Shown here: piece after piece, positions 24,559 through 35,720 of the stretch
Position numbering within the stretch: position 1 is the stretch's first letter
Layout: every line of letters begins with the position of its first letter
Assembly: GCA_030141605.1 (NCBI GenBank)
Contig: JAQGDQ010000091.1
Coordinates: 496,001-560,000, forward strand
Length of the DNA: 64,000 nt
DNA from: Tubiluchus corallicola
Taxonomy: Eukaryota; Animalia; Priapulida
Reading direction: 5' to 3'
Notes under the pieces: generated by a model
Databases searched by the model: none
What the model was told of the DNA's origin: nothing
Seen by the model: only the letters and a program-made list of their open reading frames with translations
Position numbers and translations under genes: made by a program

Positions 24559-27500
24559 CTGTTTCAATGACATGCGTGTTTTTGACTTATACATGATTAT
24601 TCGGATAATTATTATCCGCATTCATGTTTGAGATTAATCTGAAGTGGGCGATTTAACTTATAATTCATAAGGATTTTCCACATAAAATAACTGAATAGTT
24701 AACAAACGTTAATAAACAATTTGTGAAGGCTTTATACATAAACTTATATTGTCTAGAACGTTTATTGGGAAAGGCGAAACATGTCAACATGTCGCTATTA
24801 ATAGCCCTAATATTTACTGTAACCAAAGTACTAGACTTTTTAATTTGACACTTCAGTGAATAAATATATTTCTTATAAATATTACAAATTCTGTATGCCA
24901 AGGTCGATATGCATTTTCCATGCGGAGCAGTCAAACGGAAGATTAAAATGCTCGAAAATATTCTGACGTCTTTATTGTATGCAACTTAAATGTCGTATTA
25001 AATTATGACTAAAGCTAAGCAGTAGAACAATACCAGTTAAACCAATACAAAACAGACAGATAAGTTTTCGTCTATTACCATTTTCAGTCTACTATTATTA
25101 AAATTAGTACGTAATGTTAGTACGTAATGCTGAAATGTTACTGTGTAACAAATCCACAAAATAAATAAAATATATATAGTGTACTGCAGGGCTGTGATGG
25201 GGTAGTGTAATACTGGCAGGAGAATACAGCAGACTTCTCAGGTGTGCGTGTGAACGTGGCTTTAACTAGCACATAGACGCTTATTCTGACCTTGTGTTAG
25301 TGGGAGCCACTAGTCACGTGCACACCTGAGCTTATAAAAAGGGTAGGTCTGCTGTAGATCCTTGTCAGTGGTCGTCTCATCTCAGCTCTGTTCGCACTTC
25401 AGGCTTTGCTCCATTCGGTAAGCTATTTGGAACATTTCTTTTTTTGGTAATAAATCGTCATTTTTATTTCATTATTTTGGTTTTGGTTTTTGAGACATGC
25501 CGCACGGTGTAGGCCGCGGTGCCATCCGTTCTGCCTCCTTTAAAAGCGGAGAGCAGTCCAATACAAATTAGTACGTACAATAATCGAAATATGCTTGGTC
25601 CACAGAAAATTCTAGTCAGTCGTCGAGTTCAATTGAGGTTAATTTCAATTTCACATTCTTTCGCATGCTGTGAGTAGGTTAATATACAATTCTGAATAGC
25701 AATGGTGGTTAGTGCTACTAAGCACGCGGCAAATTAACATAAATCTCGCCACGAAAGTAACCTAGTTTAATTTCATTTTGTTATTTCTTATGCTAAAAAT
25801 ACGTGCTAGAATGATAAGGTGATAGTTTGCTACCTAGCCTGACTCATTAGTTAATTTAAAATTATTTGAGACGATTACGCCATAATTTTGACACATTTCG
25901 AGTGATACATACTACAGTCCAATCAATATTCTGATTTCAATTCATTTAATTCAATTCAAATTTATTTGCCTCAAGCGATTCGAGATAAAAGTTTGCATAA
26001 ATGTAATTAGCTCATGATAAAAATTTATGAAAAAGGTCGTTATAAAGAGATGATAACCATTACAATGGATTAGTAGTAATAGCAGTCTTTTTATTGTCAA
26101 TAAGATTACATGTGCATTTACAACATTGCGACGCGCAATATTACAAAGGAATCAAATATTAGTTTACAAATTTTGCTGAAGTATAGCAGAAAAATACACA
26201 TCAATGGCAGTAATTCTTTAATGACAACCAGATAACAATTTAGTGATAAAATTTTGGCTAACTTAACTGTCACTTACATAAATAAAAAATATATGAAGAA
26301 CATCGCTTAAAAATTTTCCGCAGGTTAAATGGTCGATATCACGAAACTCCAGAGCGTTATTTAAATTGCATTGTATTTTTTTCTCACCGCTTTTGTTAAT
26401 TCACAAATAGCAACGACGTGCTCTTAATCTTGCACTGCGTTACTGCAGGGCTCAGCCTTTGGTCGTATGGGCTGGGGGGCCTTGGCCAACGTCTTGTTTC
26501 AACTTTCAGTCTATGAGAAGACAGAACAAAACGGCAAAATTCTTAGGACATCTGGAATAGTAGATTTATAAATTTTGTGTTGTTCTGCGGAAGGATTTAA
26601 CATTAAGTAAGTAACGAATCTAGTCTTTGTCTGACTTTCTCTTGTAATGCATTCTAGGCTACTTGCTGAACAATGATCAAAACAACGATTGAATGCTCTA
26701 AAATTCGAGAAATTACTTGGCAGGTTATTCATAACAGAGGTTAATACATAACACAGTACCATCTGGATAATCCAGGCAGACTGACGATGAGAGGCCAAAA
26801 GAGTCCACATAATAACTTTGCGTTTGCCGTATAATTTATCAAGGGCTTGCCATAACGCGAATTAACTTTGAATCTTAAACTGATTGAAAGTTCCCGGCTT
26901 TAGCGGTTTCATTAGTCAAAACCTTATTATTAAGTTTTTAATCCCTGGTGTTGGTATTATTAGGGCAGCTTCAGACTGCAGTTGTGCACCCTTTTTCTAA
27001 CTGCTGCATATCTTTTATGCGTTATCCTAGCTTGTCTAGCACATGGTAGATGCGAGATTTTATTTCGGGAAAAGGTAGGTATATTCATTCTCGCTGCGAT
27101 CGCATTTTATGCGATGCTTACCTTGATGTAATAATTTGGCATAAAACTCTAGACAAACATTTCAAAATTGAAAGAAAAGGCGGTTAACCCTCAAATTGGG
27201 AGAGTTGGAAAGTCTGGCTTCATGCCCAACAAGTCTTCGCGGTGTTACAAACAGCCTAATCCAATTATATCAGCGTCTCCGTTTTAGAAATTATTCCTTT
27301 TTGTGGTGGATCAGGTTCGCTGCAAAACGACGGCATCACTCTTTACGGACTCTGAGGATTTGTATACCAAAACAAGTGGTACGTACATCATCACTGCCTG
27401 ACATTCACGCTACACTTGCTAGTGTAGTTAATGTTACACTTGCGGCAGTCCAGCGATTTCATACTGGTTTCCATACCTTTCTTCTCATAGCGCATCATCA

Positions 27501-29725
27501 CTTTTTTGACGATTTCTCATGGTTACTTGTTTAGGGTCTATGATTTGCATAGTTTGGCCACCCGTATTTTTGGCTCACGGCCATCTCATTTTTAATACAT
27601 TTTGCATGAATCCATTTGTAGCCGTGGGTACTCCTTGGCTCATTTTCTATTAGGTGAGCAATAAATGCTGCTGCCTTTTCAAAACTGTTTTGGTTCTTTC
27701 TACGGTACAGTTTCAGTCTGCTGATAATTCGTTTTAATGTTATGTCGTAATAATACGCAGCCAGTGTGGCACAGTATGTATCTTTGAACAAGGGAAGTCT
27801 TTAGAGCACAACATTTTAGTTATTATATTGTTTTTAAACCGCAGTTTCCGTAGCTACCAATCTTGTGTGAAAATTCATTCTGTGACGCCTTGCGGTGTGC
27901 ATTATTAAAGATTAAAGTGATTGTGACTTGGCAATAATATGGAATGAGTGTTTTTTATTTGGACCAAGCACATCTCATTGCATTACATACGGGTAAAACG
28001 AAAATTGAAGGCTCTTCCATACCAATTTCCTAATGCATGTTTTTTGCCGAGAATTGCACGAGGGTCCTAGTAGTTTAGTTAAAACCCAAAAACAGGCGTT
28101 CTTTACGCCAGTACTTTTACACTTAGAAAATCAGGATTAAACAGACAAACAAACAAGCATAACTCCTTTTGTTCGATTTATTTAATAGCAAATCTTAACA
28201 AGTAAAGCTACAATCAGTTCTGCATAAAATACATTTTTCAGCAAAGCAAATCGCCCAACCCAGGTTAACAAAAGGAAGGAGTGGGCCGGACATTCTCAGC
28301 GAATGGATCCATAATCAGTGCAGCAGTTTTTACTACATTGCAGTTTTTACTACATTGAGCATCGCCACACCGAGCTACCGTGGGCCAGCCTTCCAGGGTA
28401 AGTGCATACTGCATAGGAATCATAGGAACTGCACAAAAGCGGCTTACAGTAGTTAACATATTACAGTCCTGTCCGCTCCAGTGAATTTGACAGAAAACAG
28501 CGATCCAGAAACTCCATGCATCTCCGTACGTTCGTGTCTTCCGGGATTCCTCAATATTTCGCTAGCAGTCCAGCAGTTCGGACTCAGCAACCAAGCAAGA
28601 CGCCATCAGTTTCACTTCTTAACACTGCAAAAGGACCATCTTGGTCTCCTCGCGAAAGCAGACAAGGCAACCAAAACTTACTTTGCTTGCGATGATATTA
28701 ATAACAGAATGCTTTTTGTACATTGACTAAAAGATTTCAAAATTTAATGCAAAACGTCTTTCTTCTATACAAGAAATGTGAGCAGCAAGGATATCATCGG
28801 GGTTCAATGAATCCCGGATCACTTGAGCGGAGACGCGAAAATTTACCTGTGCATAACCTTGAAGGCGTTTAGCAAACGACTACTATCAAAAATGGGAAAA
28901 GTGAGCGACAAAAGTGAGCGAAGAATTTATTACAGTGTACAAGTAGTGTACAAAATAAACTCCAGTATAATTGGAGTATGGACAAAAACGACTGTGACAT
29001 CAGACAAAATATAATATATATAATGTCTAACTGCTTCTTGAAAACCAGTTGATGCTGAAGCCGGAAGTAAGTCGACAAAAGTGGCTATTAATTAAAAGTT
29101 ATAAAATTATGTACACAAATTACATGTGTTTTTGAAAAACACTGCTTCACAATTTTCTGAACAAGACCACCCACAGTCCTGGGATAAGTTCTGAATGTGG
29201 TAAAACTTGTAAGAAAAGTGCAGGTCATAAGAAAGGAATAACCTATATCAATCATCTATGTGACATGAATTTCGCAAAATCGGTGAAAAATATATAGCGG
29301 CAAGATGCCTGTTAGATTGTTCAATAAGTTCCAATACATAGAAGGCGTTTTTGAATATTCGTTGGCTGTTTTGGCAAACTGAAGTATGTACGGCACCTTG
29401 TTAAAAATACAGCGTTCGTTTTGCCACAGTTAACGCCAATTTGTGCAACTTAAACTTCATGGATCTTAAAAAAATTAATATAACAATAAAATTAGCACTA
29501 GATCTTTATTTACGTTCATTTATTATTTGGTATTTGGTTTATTATAAATTATTGGAACTGAAACGAATCTATGCATTTTACGTAATTATCAAAAAGACAC
29601 TTAGTTTACTATCAGTTTTGTCTATAAGTAATAATGAAATTATTGAAAACACGTTATGATCTTTATCACACATTACTTACCGTAAACATTAGCACACAAA
29701 ACACAATTAATCGAATTATTTTCAT
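22988..29725 (-). CDS. Secreted Lys/Arg/Tyr/Gly/Asn/Ser-rich protein B (~480 aa if a 1-nt frameshift at 23562-23569 is corrected); exons 29725-29681 and 24386-22988
   Basis: Exon 1 MKIIRLIVFCVLMFT|gtaagt. Exon 2 follows ttttag and reads IAMAQRERKKSSR... The 278-aa and 211-aa ORFs join if the A8 run is A7. It shares a Gly/Phe motif with protein A. Linking exon 1 across a 5.3-kb TE-filled intron is inference. Confidence 0.75.
24454..24557. repeat. (AAT)n microsatellite
   Basis: Read directly, in the intron of gene B. Confidence 0.96.
25115..25565 (+). mobile_element. Solo-LTR-like element
   Basis: TG...CA ends are possible, with TATAAAA at 25333, AATAAA at 25449 and a long internal fold-back. 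AAATTAGTACGTA occurs on both flanks (25101, 25565). No canonical 4-6 bp TSD was resolved. Confidence 0.45.
27440..27791 (-). mobile_element. Degenerate IS3EU-like (integrase-core) DNA transposase fragment
   Basis: TLKRIISRLKLYRRKN...HGYKWIHAKCIKNEMAVSQ, then after a frameshift IDPKQVTMRNRQK. This matches my recollection of the HGYRWMH..C.....V.Q..V......DP.GV..RR N-terminal region of these transposases. Confidence 0.6.
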
Positions 29726-31004
29726 TTTTTAATCAGCGCAATTAAACCGTGAACAATTGAAGTATTTGCTCGCACATTGAGTAAGTATGTTAGTAGCTGT
29801 AGCCACAATTGTACAATGTAACAACAAAACTATCAAGTTAGAAAATACACGAGCGAAAATACAAAAATCGTTTAGCATTCAGAAATTGTAATGGCAATAG
29901 AGCACGACCTATGACACAAAAGTGTTACACGATTATTATTCTAACATTAATTTTAAAAGCAAAAGTGGTTTATATTACAGCGTAGTCAGAATGTTCACAT
30001 TCTTTAAGTAATCAGTTTAGTACGCATAAATTTGTTTTCTTCTCCCTGCTAGCCGCACTGCCCATCAAAGAGGTTTGCTAATTCAATTAACGTCTATAGA
30101 ATTGTGTCAGTATAATTAATACTCAATTTATAAAATATTCACACAGCTCAGTCAGAAGCGTGGAACACAGTTCCTCGGCCGAGTCACATCAAATTAATCA
30201 AAGAGCTATATAAAAACATTCTCAGCTAATTTTTCGCCTATTGATAGTGTACTAGAAATAACTTTTACTATCTGTACATAATTAGTTTGTTATCCTCCGG
30301 TATAGCGACAAATGGGATATTTCATCCTTTTGATCCTGCAGAAAATTGGCGGCTGTATTAAAAACGTTCACCATAATATAGAATTTATCTGTCTATGGTG
30401 ATTGACTTATCACATCTAGTTTTTTTCGAGTGATGTTATGTTGAGCAAGGAGAAAACCGTAACAGTACTTACGTATGTATGAAATAATTCATAAATAATA
30501 TAAAACGAGCTTAAAATCAGTTGGTACAACTGTTTCCAATTGAGTACCGATCTAGGAAACTCTAGTGAATTCAAACACCGTAGATTATGGGTATTCTTCA
30601 AACTATTTGCTTCTGCAATAAGTTATGTCTTGCAGGTATCTGTAGTATCTCAGCTTATCTATATCACTTTAAATTGTTATAGAAACATACAGAGTAGTTA
30701 ATTAAGAAAGTGTAATTAAAAGTAGTGCTATTAATAGTATTGCTACAGCAATGGTATGCTAATAAGTGTAAAATTTTCAGTACTGGAGTTATTTGAATTC
30801 AGTAAAAAACAACTTAATAATACTGTACAATTACAATTGCAAGTTTTTCGTTTTTGCATGTTACAGACTATAATGATTGGTATTCTGCAGAATGTCAGAA
30901 AATAGATAAAAATAAGAAACTAATAAGTAATAATTGCTTTTCTGAGATTCATGAATAAATGTAAAAAATGGAAGGAGTTTACAATACCCCAAACAATTTA
31001 AATA

Positions 31005-31056
31005 CCCTAACCCTAACCTTAACCCAACCCTAACCCTAATTCTAACCTAATCCTAG
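31005..31056. repeat. Degenerate interstitial telomere-type (CCCTAA)n repeat
   Basis: ccctaaccctaaccttaacccaaccctaaccctaattctaacctaatcctag. Confidence 0.75.
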
Positions 31057-32154
31057 TTCAGTACTAAGGCCTACGTACCGAAAAATACTGGCAGCTCTGT
31101 ACAGATGGCGACACTAAGCAAATTTATTGGTATATTTACACAAAGCCAAAAAGACCACTACATACATCAAGATAAGAACAATTGCAAAAAGATTGAAGGT
31201 TTTACATAGGTTATCAACTTGCAAAATCTTTTGGAGAGTTCATTGAATGTTATAATATTTCTTCGTTATTGTAAACATAAATTTATTTCCTGGAGGTCCG
31301 GAAAAGGATTTTGCAAAAAGACAACTTTTCAATAATAAAAAGCAATAAAGAGACTAATTAAAATTGATCTTCATGTTGTCTTTGAAACATTGAAAAAGCT
31401 TTTGATAAAGTGCTTTTAAGAACATATTGCCAAGAAATTAGCGAAACAATGAGACAGTCATGTTATGTATGAAGTCATCGCGCCTATATCACAAAAGTAT
31501 TGTAGTCTAAATTTCAATGGTCCTAAAGCCATTTCACAATGAGTATGAGGTTGTACAGTAAAATACACTGAGGAAAAATTCCTTGCGGCATCCCCACAAA
31601 GATGGAACACATTGTTTTCTATGGCGCATATCATAGTAAGTACGCACAGCAAAATTTCTAGTGCATTTCCTCGTGAGCAATTCTGCCAGCCAGCTAAGAG
31701 CTATGCGTCCTCCTCGTGAGGAATTTTGCCGCACGAAAGAAATACCGCATGTTCAATTTTCATAAGGAATCCTCGCAGAATTCAATCTTAAATTTAACTA
31801 CTAAGTTACTTCTTTCTTGTTTAACGACGAACAATAATTAACACAATTCAGCATAAAATTTTAAGATTTAATCTTTATTTTAACAGACTGACGATTTTAT
31901 GTTTTATTAATGCAACATAGATGGCTATATTCGTGAAAAACAAAAATAACCCAAGCATATATTTATTTTATACAAGTATATTTTCAGAGTTTGAAGAACT
32001 TTAGTTGGTAGAACTTTACTAAAAAAACAAAAAGGTCTGACATTGCATAGATTAAGATTCTTAATTGTACTTTGTATATGAGAAATTGAGCAGGTAAAAC
32101 TTAAACTAGGCATGGTTATACAGTCAAAACTCTCAAAGTAGCTGCAGCTAATTG

Positions 32155-32302
32155 GACGCGCGGAAAAAAACGCGTGATTTCACTATGAAGTGGAGTTTTT
32201 TGCTGCATGGGCTTTCGGAGAAAAATCGGGAATTTTCAGAAAATTTTCTGACAGTAATTCCATGCGTCATTTTTCCTTGCGTCTTCACTGTGAAATGGGC
32301 CT
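32155..32302. mobile_element. Palindromic MITE remnant, PIF/Harbinger-like end
   Basis: gacgcgcggaaaaaaacgcgtg is an imperfect inverse of catgcgtcatttttccttgcgtc. The right end is TGTGAAATGGGCC followed by TAA. Confidence 0.4.
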
Positions 32303-33289
32303 AATACTATAATCGGCTAGGCGCAGCATTATACTGGGTGGTATATAACCATTTGCTATGAGGAGCCGTAAGAACCAGTAATAGTACGAACATTTTATTA
32401 CACTCTTAAAATTTGATGTGGAAGAGCCTGCAGTCTTGATCGGAGCAGTACTCAATACTCAAGGTCCTCCAACACGTCTTGCTGATATCTCACAAACTTG
32501 TTTCTTAAATACTGACCAGTGGCATATTCTTGGATCAATCTAAGTGACAATTATGCCTTTCTTGATAGCTCTAGAAATTTGGGGGGGGGGGTGAAGTTCT
32601 GGGATATGCCATACAGGTCAATAGAAAAAATTAATTCCTGAACTTTTATGTGGCCGCTTCGTTAATACCGCTATGCGAGATATCCGAGGCTTTCGTTCTA
32701 AACACTGAGTGCATCTTAGATTCACAAATGTTTCAGCAATATTTTATATATTACAGCGCAATGGAACATGAAAAGTTTTAACGTCAATGATAAATTTCTA
32801 ATCAAAAGGAATACATACTTGTCAACACACATCGTTTACACTATACATATCGACACTATATCTGGAGCGAGCTTTGATGGACCAGTGAACCGAGGAACTT
32901 ACTAGACACCACTCCGCCTCTGACAAAAATATTAAAATAAATTGCTTTGCATTACAAAAAGAAATTGGTTAGTTTAGCCTTGAGGCAAGTAACATCAAAT
33001 TAGTCAGTGACTTTATTAGGCTGTGATTTCTATGTATTATATTACGCGTCACGTTGGTGTTACAGTATAGAGTAAATTCAATTTCACTCGTTTTGGTATC
33101 TACATTGTATCTATATTACGCATTACTTATAAAACAGTGCCATTCGCGCTCTGTGCTGTTTTAATAAATGTAAGACAGTGGCATTCGTGCTCTATGATAT
33201 TTTAATAAATTAGTGTGTGTACGTGATTAGAAGTTATCATTGTTGGCTAGTTATTAAGCTATTTGTATGATAATAAATTGATCTTAAAT

Positions 33290-34350
33290 AACTAGTATAG
33301 GTTTCTCGCTCGCAAATCTACAGAATTGTGACGCTTAGGTTATATTAATGAACGGACTAGTTCACTTGATCAAGTTGAAGGGATTGATGCTATCTATACT
33401 GAATGCGACGAGGCGTTCGCCACAGTTACTTATTCGTAACTCATTTTTAAAATTAAAAATTACTTTAATGTTTTGGGGTAAGGCGTTAAGATGGATTGAG
33501 GCATTTTTAATTTGTCAAACTCAGGTGCCAGAGTAGGTTTGTGCTATCCACAATATTCTCCTGTCGGGTATGGCCCAAGGTTCAGTCCTTTGGCCCATTA
33601 TTTTTTTATTATTTATTAATGAGGTAGTCAACACACGTGTACCACTCGAGTCTAGTAAATTATTTGCTGATGATACCAAATTTTATTCAGTAAATACAGG
33701 GGCGAGCTTCAAAATACTCTGACTCGCTTTAGTGCTCGGTCTCTAGACTAACAGCTTTCTTTACAGCTGCCAAGATGGACACAGTTTTATATATAAGGTC
33801 GAGCACACTGATTTTGATTGTCAGTAGTATGAGGAATTTGGGTGTTATTATTGACGCTAAATTTATTTTTGAAGAACACATTACTAAAATCGAAATGAAT
33901 TTATATTACTGATGTTATCTTTGGAACCCGTTCTCGAATCTATTTTCCCAGAACTCAAATATTGTCCTTACCGACAAAATTTAACATAGCATGTGCAAAA
34001 TTCATTCACACGCAGGTTGCTTGGCAGTTGTTCGGGAACGAGTTGCCAAATAAAAGGAACGATTACGTACACTCAGTACGGACCCACTAGAACTTAGCTT
34101 GCTCAGAGCTGACTGATTATGGTTTTCAAAATCGTTTGAGTTGATCTAGGTTTAATGGATACAGCTGAATTTCACAGTAAATTCACGCTTCGTTTGATCA
34201 CTACGAGGGTTCATCTTTATAACTAGTTCTTCCTAGATAGGTCAAAACCCTTTCTTTATTAGATCTACATCGTTTTGGAATTCCCTTCTTTCTTATGTTG
34301 TCATGGCTCCCTTTTTACCTTCGTTCAAAATCTCTTTTAAAAATTGTAAT
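33290..34350 (+). mobile_element. Degenerate CR1/Jockey-group LINE reverse transcriptase fragment
   Basis: Frameshifted remnants of IDAIY, ALRWIEAFL, GMAQGSVL, LFINE, KLFADDTKFY, RNLGVIID..F.FEEHI. Confidence 0.85.
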
Positions 34351-34799
34351 TCAAATAATCATCACAAAATTTTTCGCTAGCTTAGAAGATGCTCTTCGTA
34401 GTGGTCCCCTGAATTCCAATGTACATTACAACTTGTGGATGTTTACAGTAGTCAGTAACAATTAATATGGTTTATCTGTATGGTCAAACTTACAAAATTC
34501 CCACCTAAGTGTCTTTTCTGCTCATTCAATGCAATTTTATGAATTTTTACATGATCAACACTTTTATTGTTCTAACCTATGGGGCTCCTTAAATCGCTGT
34601 CGTAAAGTTTCTATGACTGCGATTTTGTGCATTGGATTTTCTGTGCTTTGCTAGTGCTAGTTGCTTCAGCACTTTTAGCTTTTTATTATTTATTTGTAGC
34701 ATTATTACTTTGTTAAAGTGCAAATAAAATTCATTCATAACGGGAATAATTTTTAATAATCTGGGATTAGAGATAACAATTAATGCCCTGGGGTTATGG

Positions 34800-35005
34800 G
34801 GACATGGGGTTAGCAGAGCTTACCAGCAGCTCTTTTTGCTGACAATAAATAACAATCTACAACTACGTAGCACAGATTACTCATTAAAGCCCATCACTAG
34901 GCAAGACAACAACAAGTATCCTTTTGAAGTATTTGGTAAGGCCGGGAGCGCTATCGAACACACGCCTTCCTAGACGGAAAACAAGCGCGTAATACATTCA
35001 GTTAC
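34800..35005 (-). mobile_element. Degenerate tRNA-derived SINE
   Basis: Minus strand has a B-box-like GTTCGATAGC, followed by ccggccttaccaaatacttcaaaaggatacttgttg, resembling invertebrate SINE bodies. Confidence 0.4.
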
Positions 35006-35720
35006 ATTGTAATAATTAAATAAGCAAATCAAGTTAATTTACTATTTACAAACATTATTTAAGGGACAATACAATTTACTCGGCTGACGGGTAAGATATC
35101 CGCATCTCTGTTAAGATGATATCGTGTTAATTGCTGCAAATAGGCGACTATATTTGGCCAATTGTTTGTTGCATTTTAATTAATTTTATTTTTATTTTTT
35201 GTGTGACCTGTTGTACGACATTTGGTTGTATATAATTTTGTATGGCCCTTTACGACAAAACAGATCAATTAACACTTCTACTTGCGAAACACGGAAATAT
35301 ATACAAGCCAAACAGATTTAGTAATAATGACTGTATTAACGTCAACTACATAACAATAAAAATAATAAAACTTAACAACGTTATTGATAACATTTGTGAA
35401 ATTCCAACAATTATAATAGTAATCGCGAAATCTTGCAGTGCGTCATTATTGCCATACCTTTGTATGTACATCAGCCTAACCGCCCAAAATGTTGCACGCA
35501 TAAATTTCGTCGCATATTTATATCACATGAATGAAAGTTGCCCCAACACTTTTCGGTAAAAATAAGCCTACACTTTTTTAATATAAAAAACTAATAGTTT
35601 TCAATGAATGTTCAGAGAAAAAGGACTTTTTGTTCGGAATTCCTGCTAATTTTGAATTTCATGGCTGAAGGAAGTTCACAAGCTAGCGAAGCACTCTTGT
35701 CGTTAAATAGATTGAGTTGG

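Noticed and set aside
25020-25085. Alternative, closer signal-peptide exon for gene B (RKLICLFCIGLTGIVLL on the minus strand)
   Set aside because: No in-frame ATG and no phase-0 GTAAG donor. The 29725-29681 exon fits the paralogue pattern much better.
28265-28726. GC-richer Cys-containing ORF fragments in the gene B intron
   Set aside because: Stops interrupt the frames and no family motif was recognised; probably decayed TE sequence.
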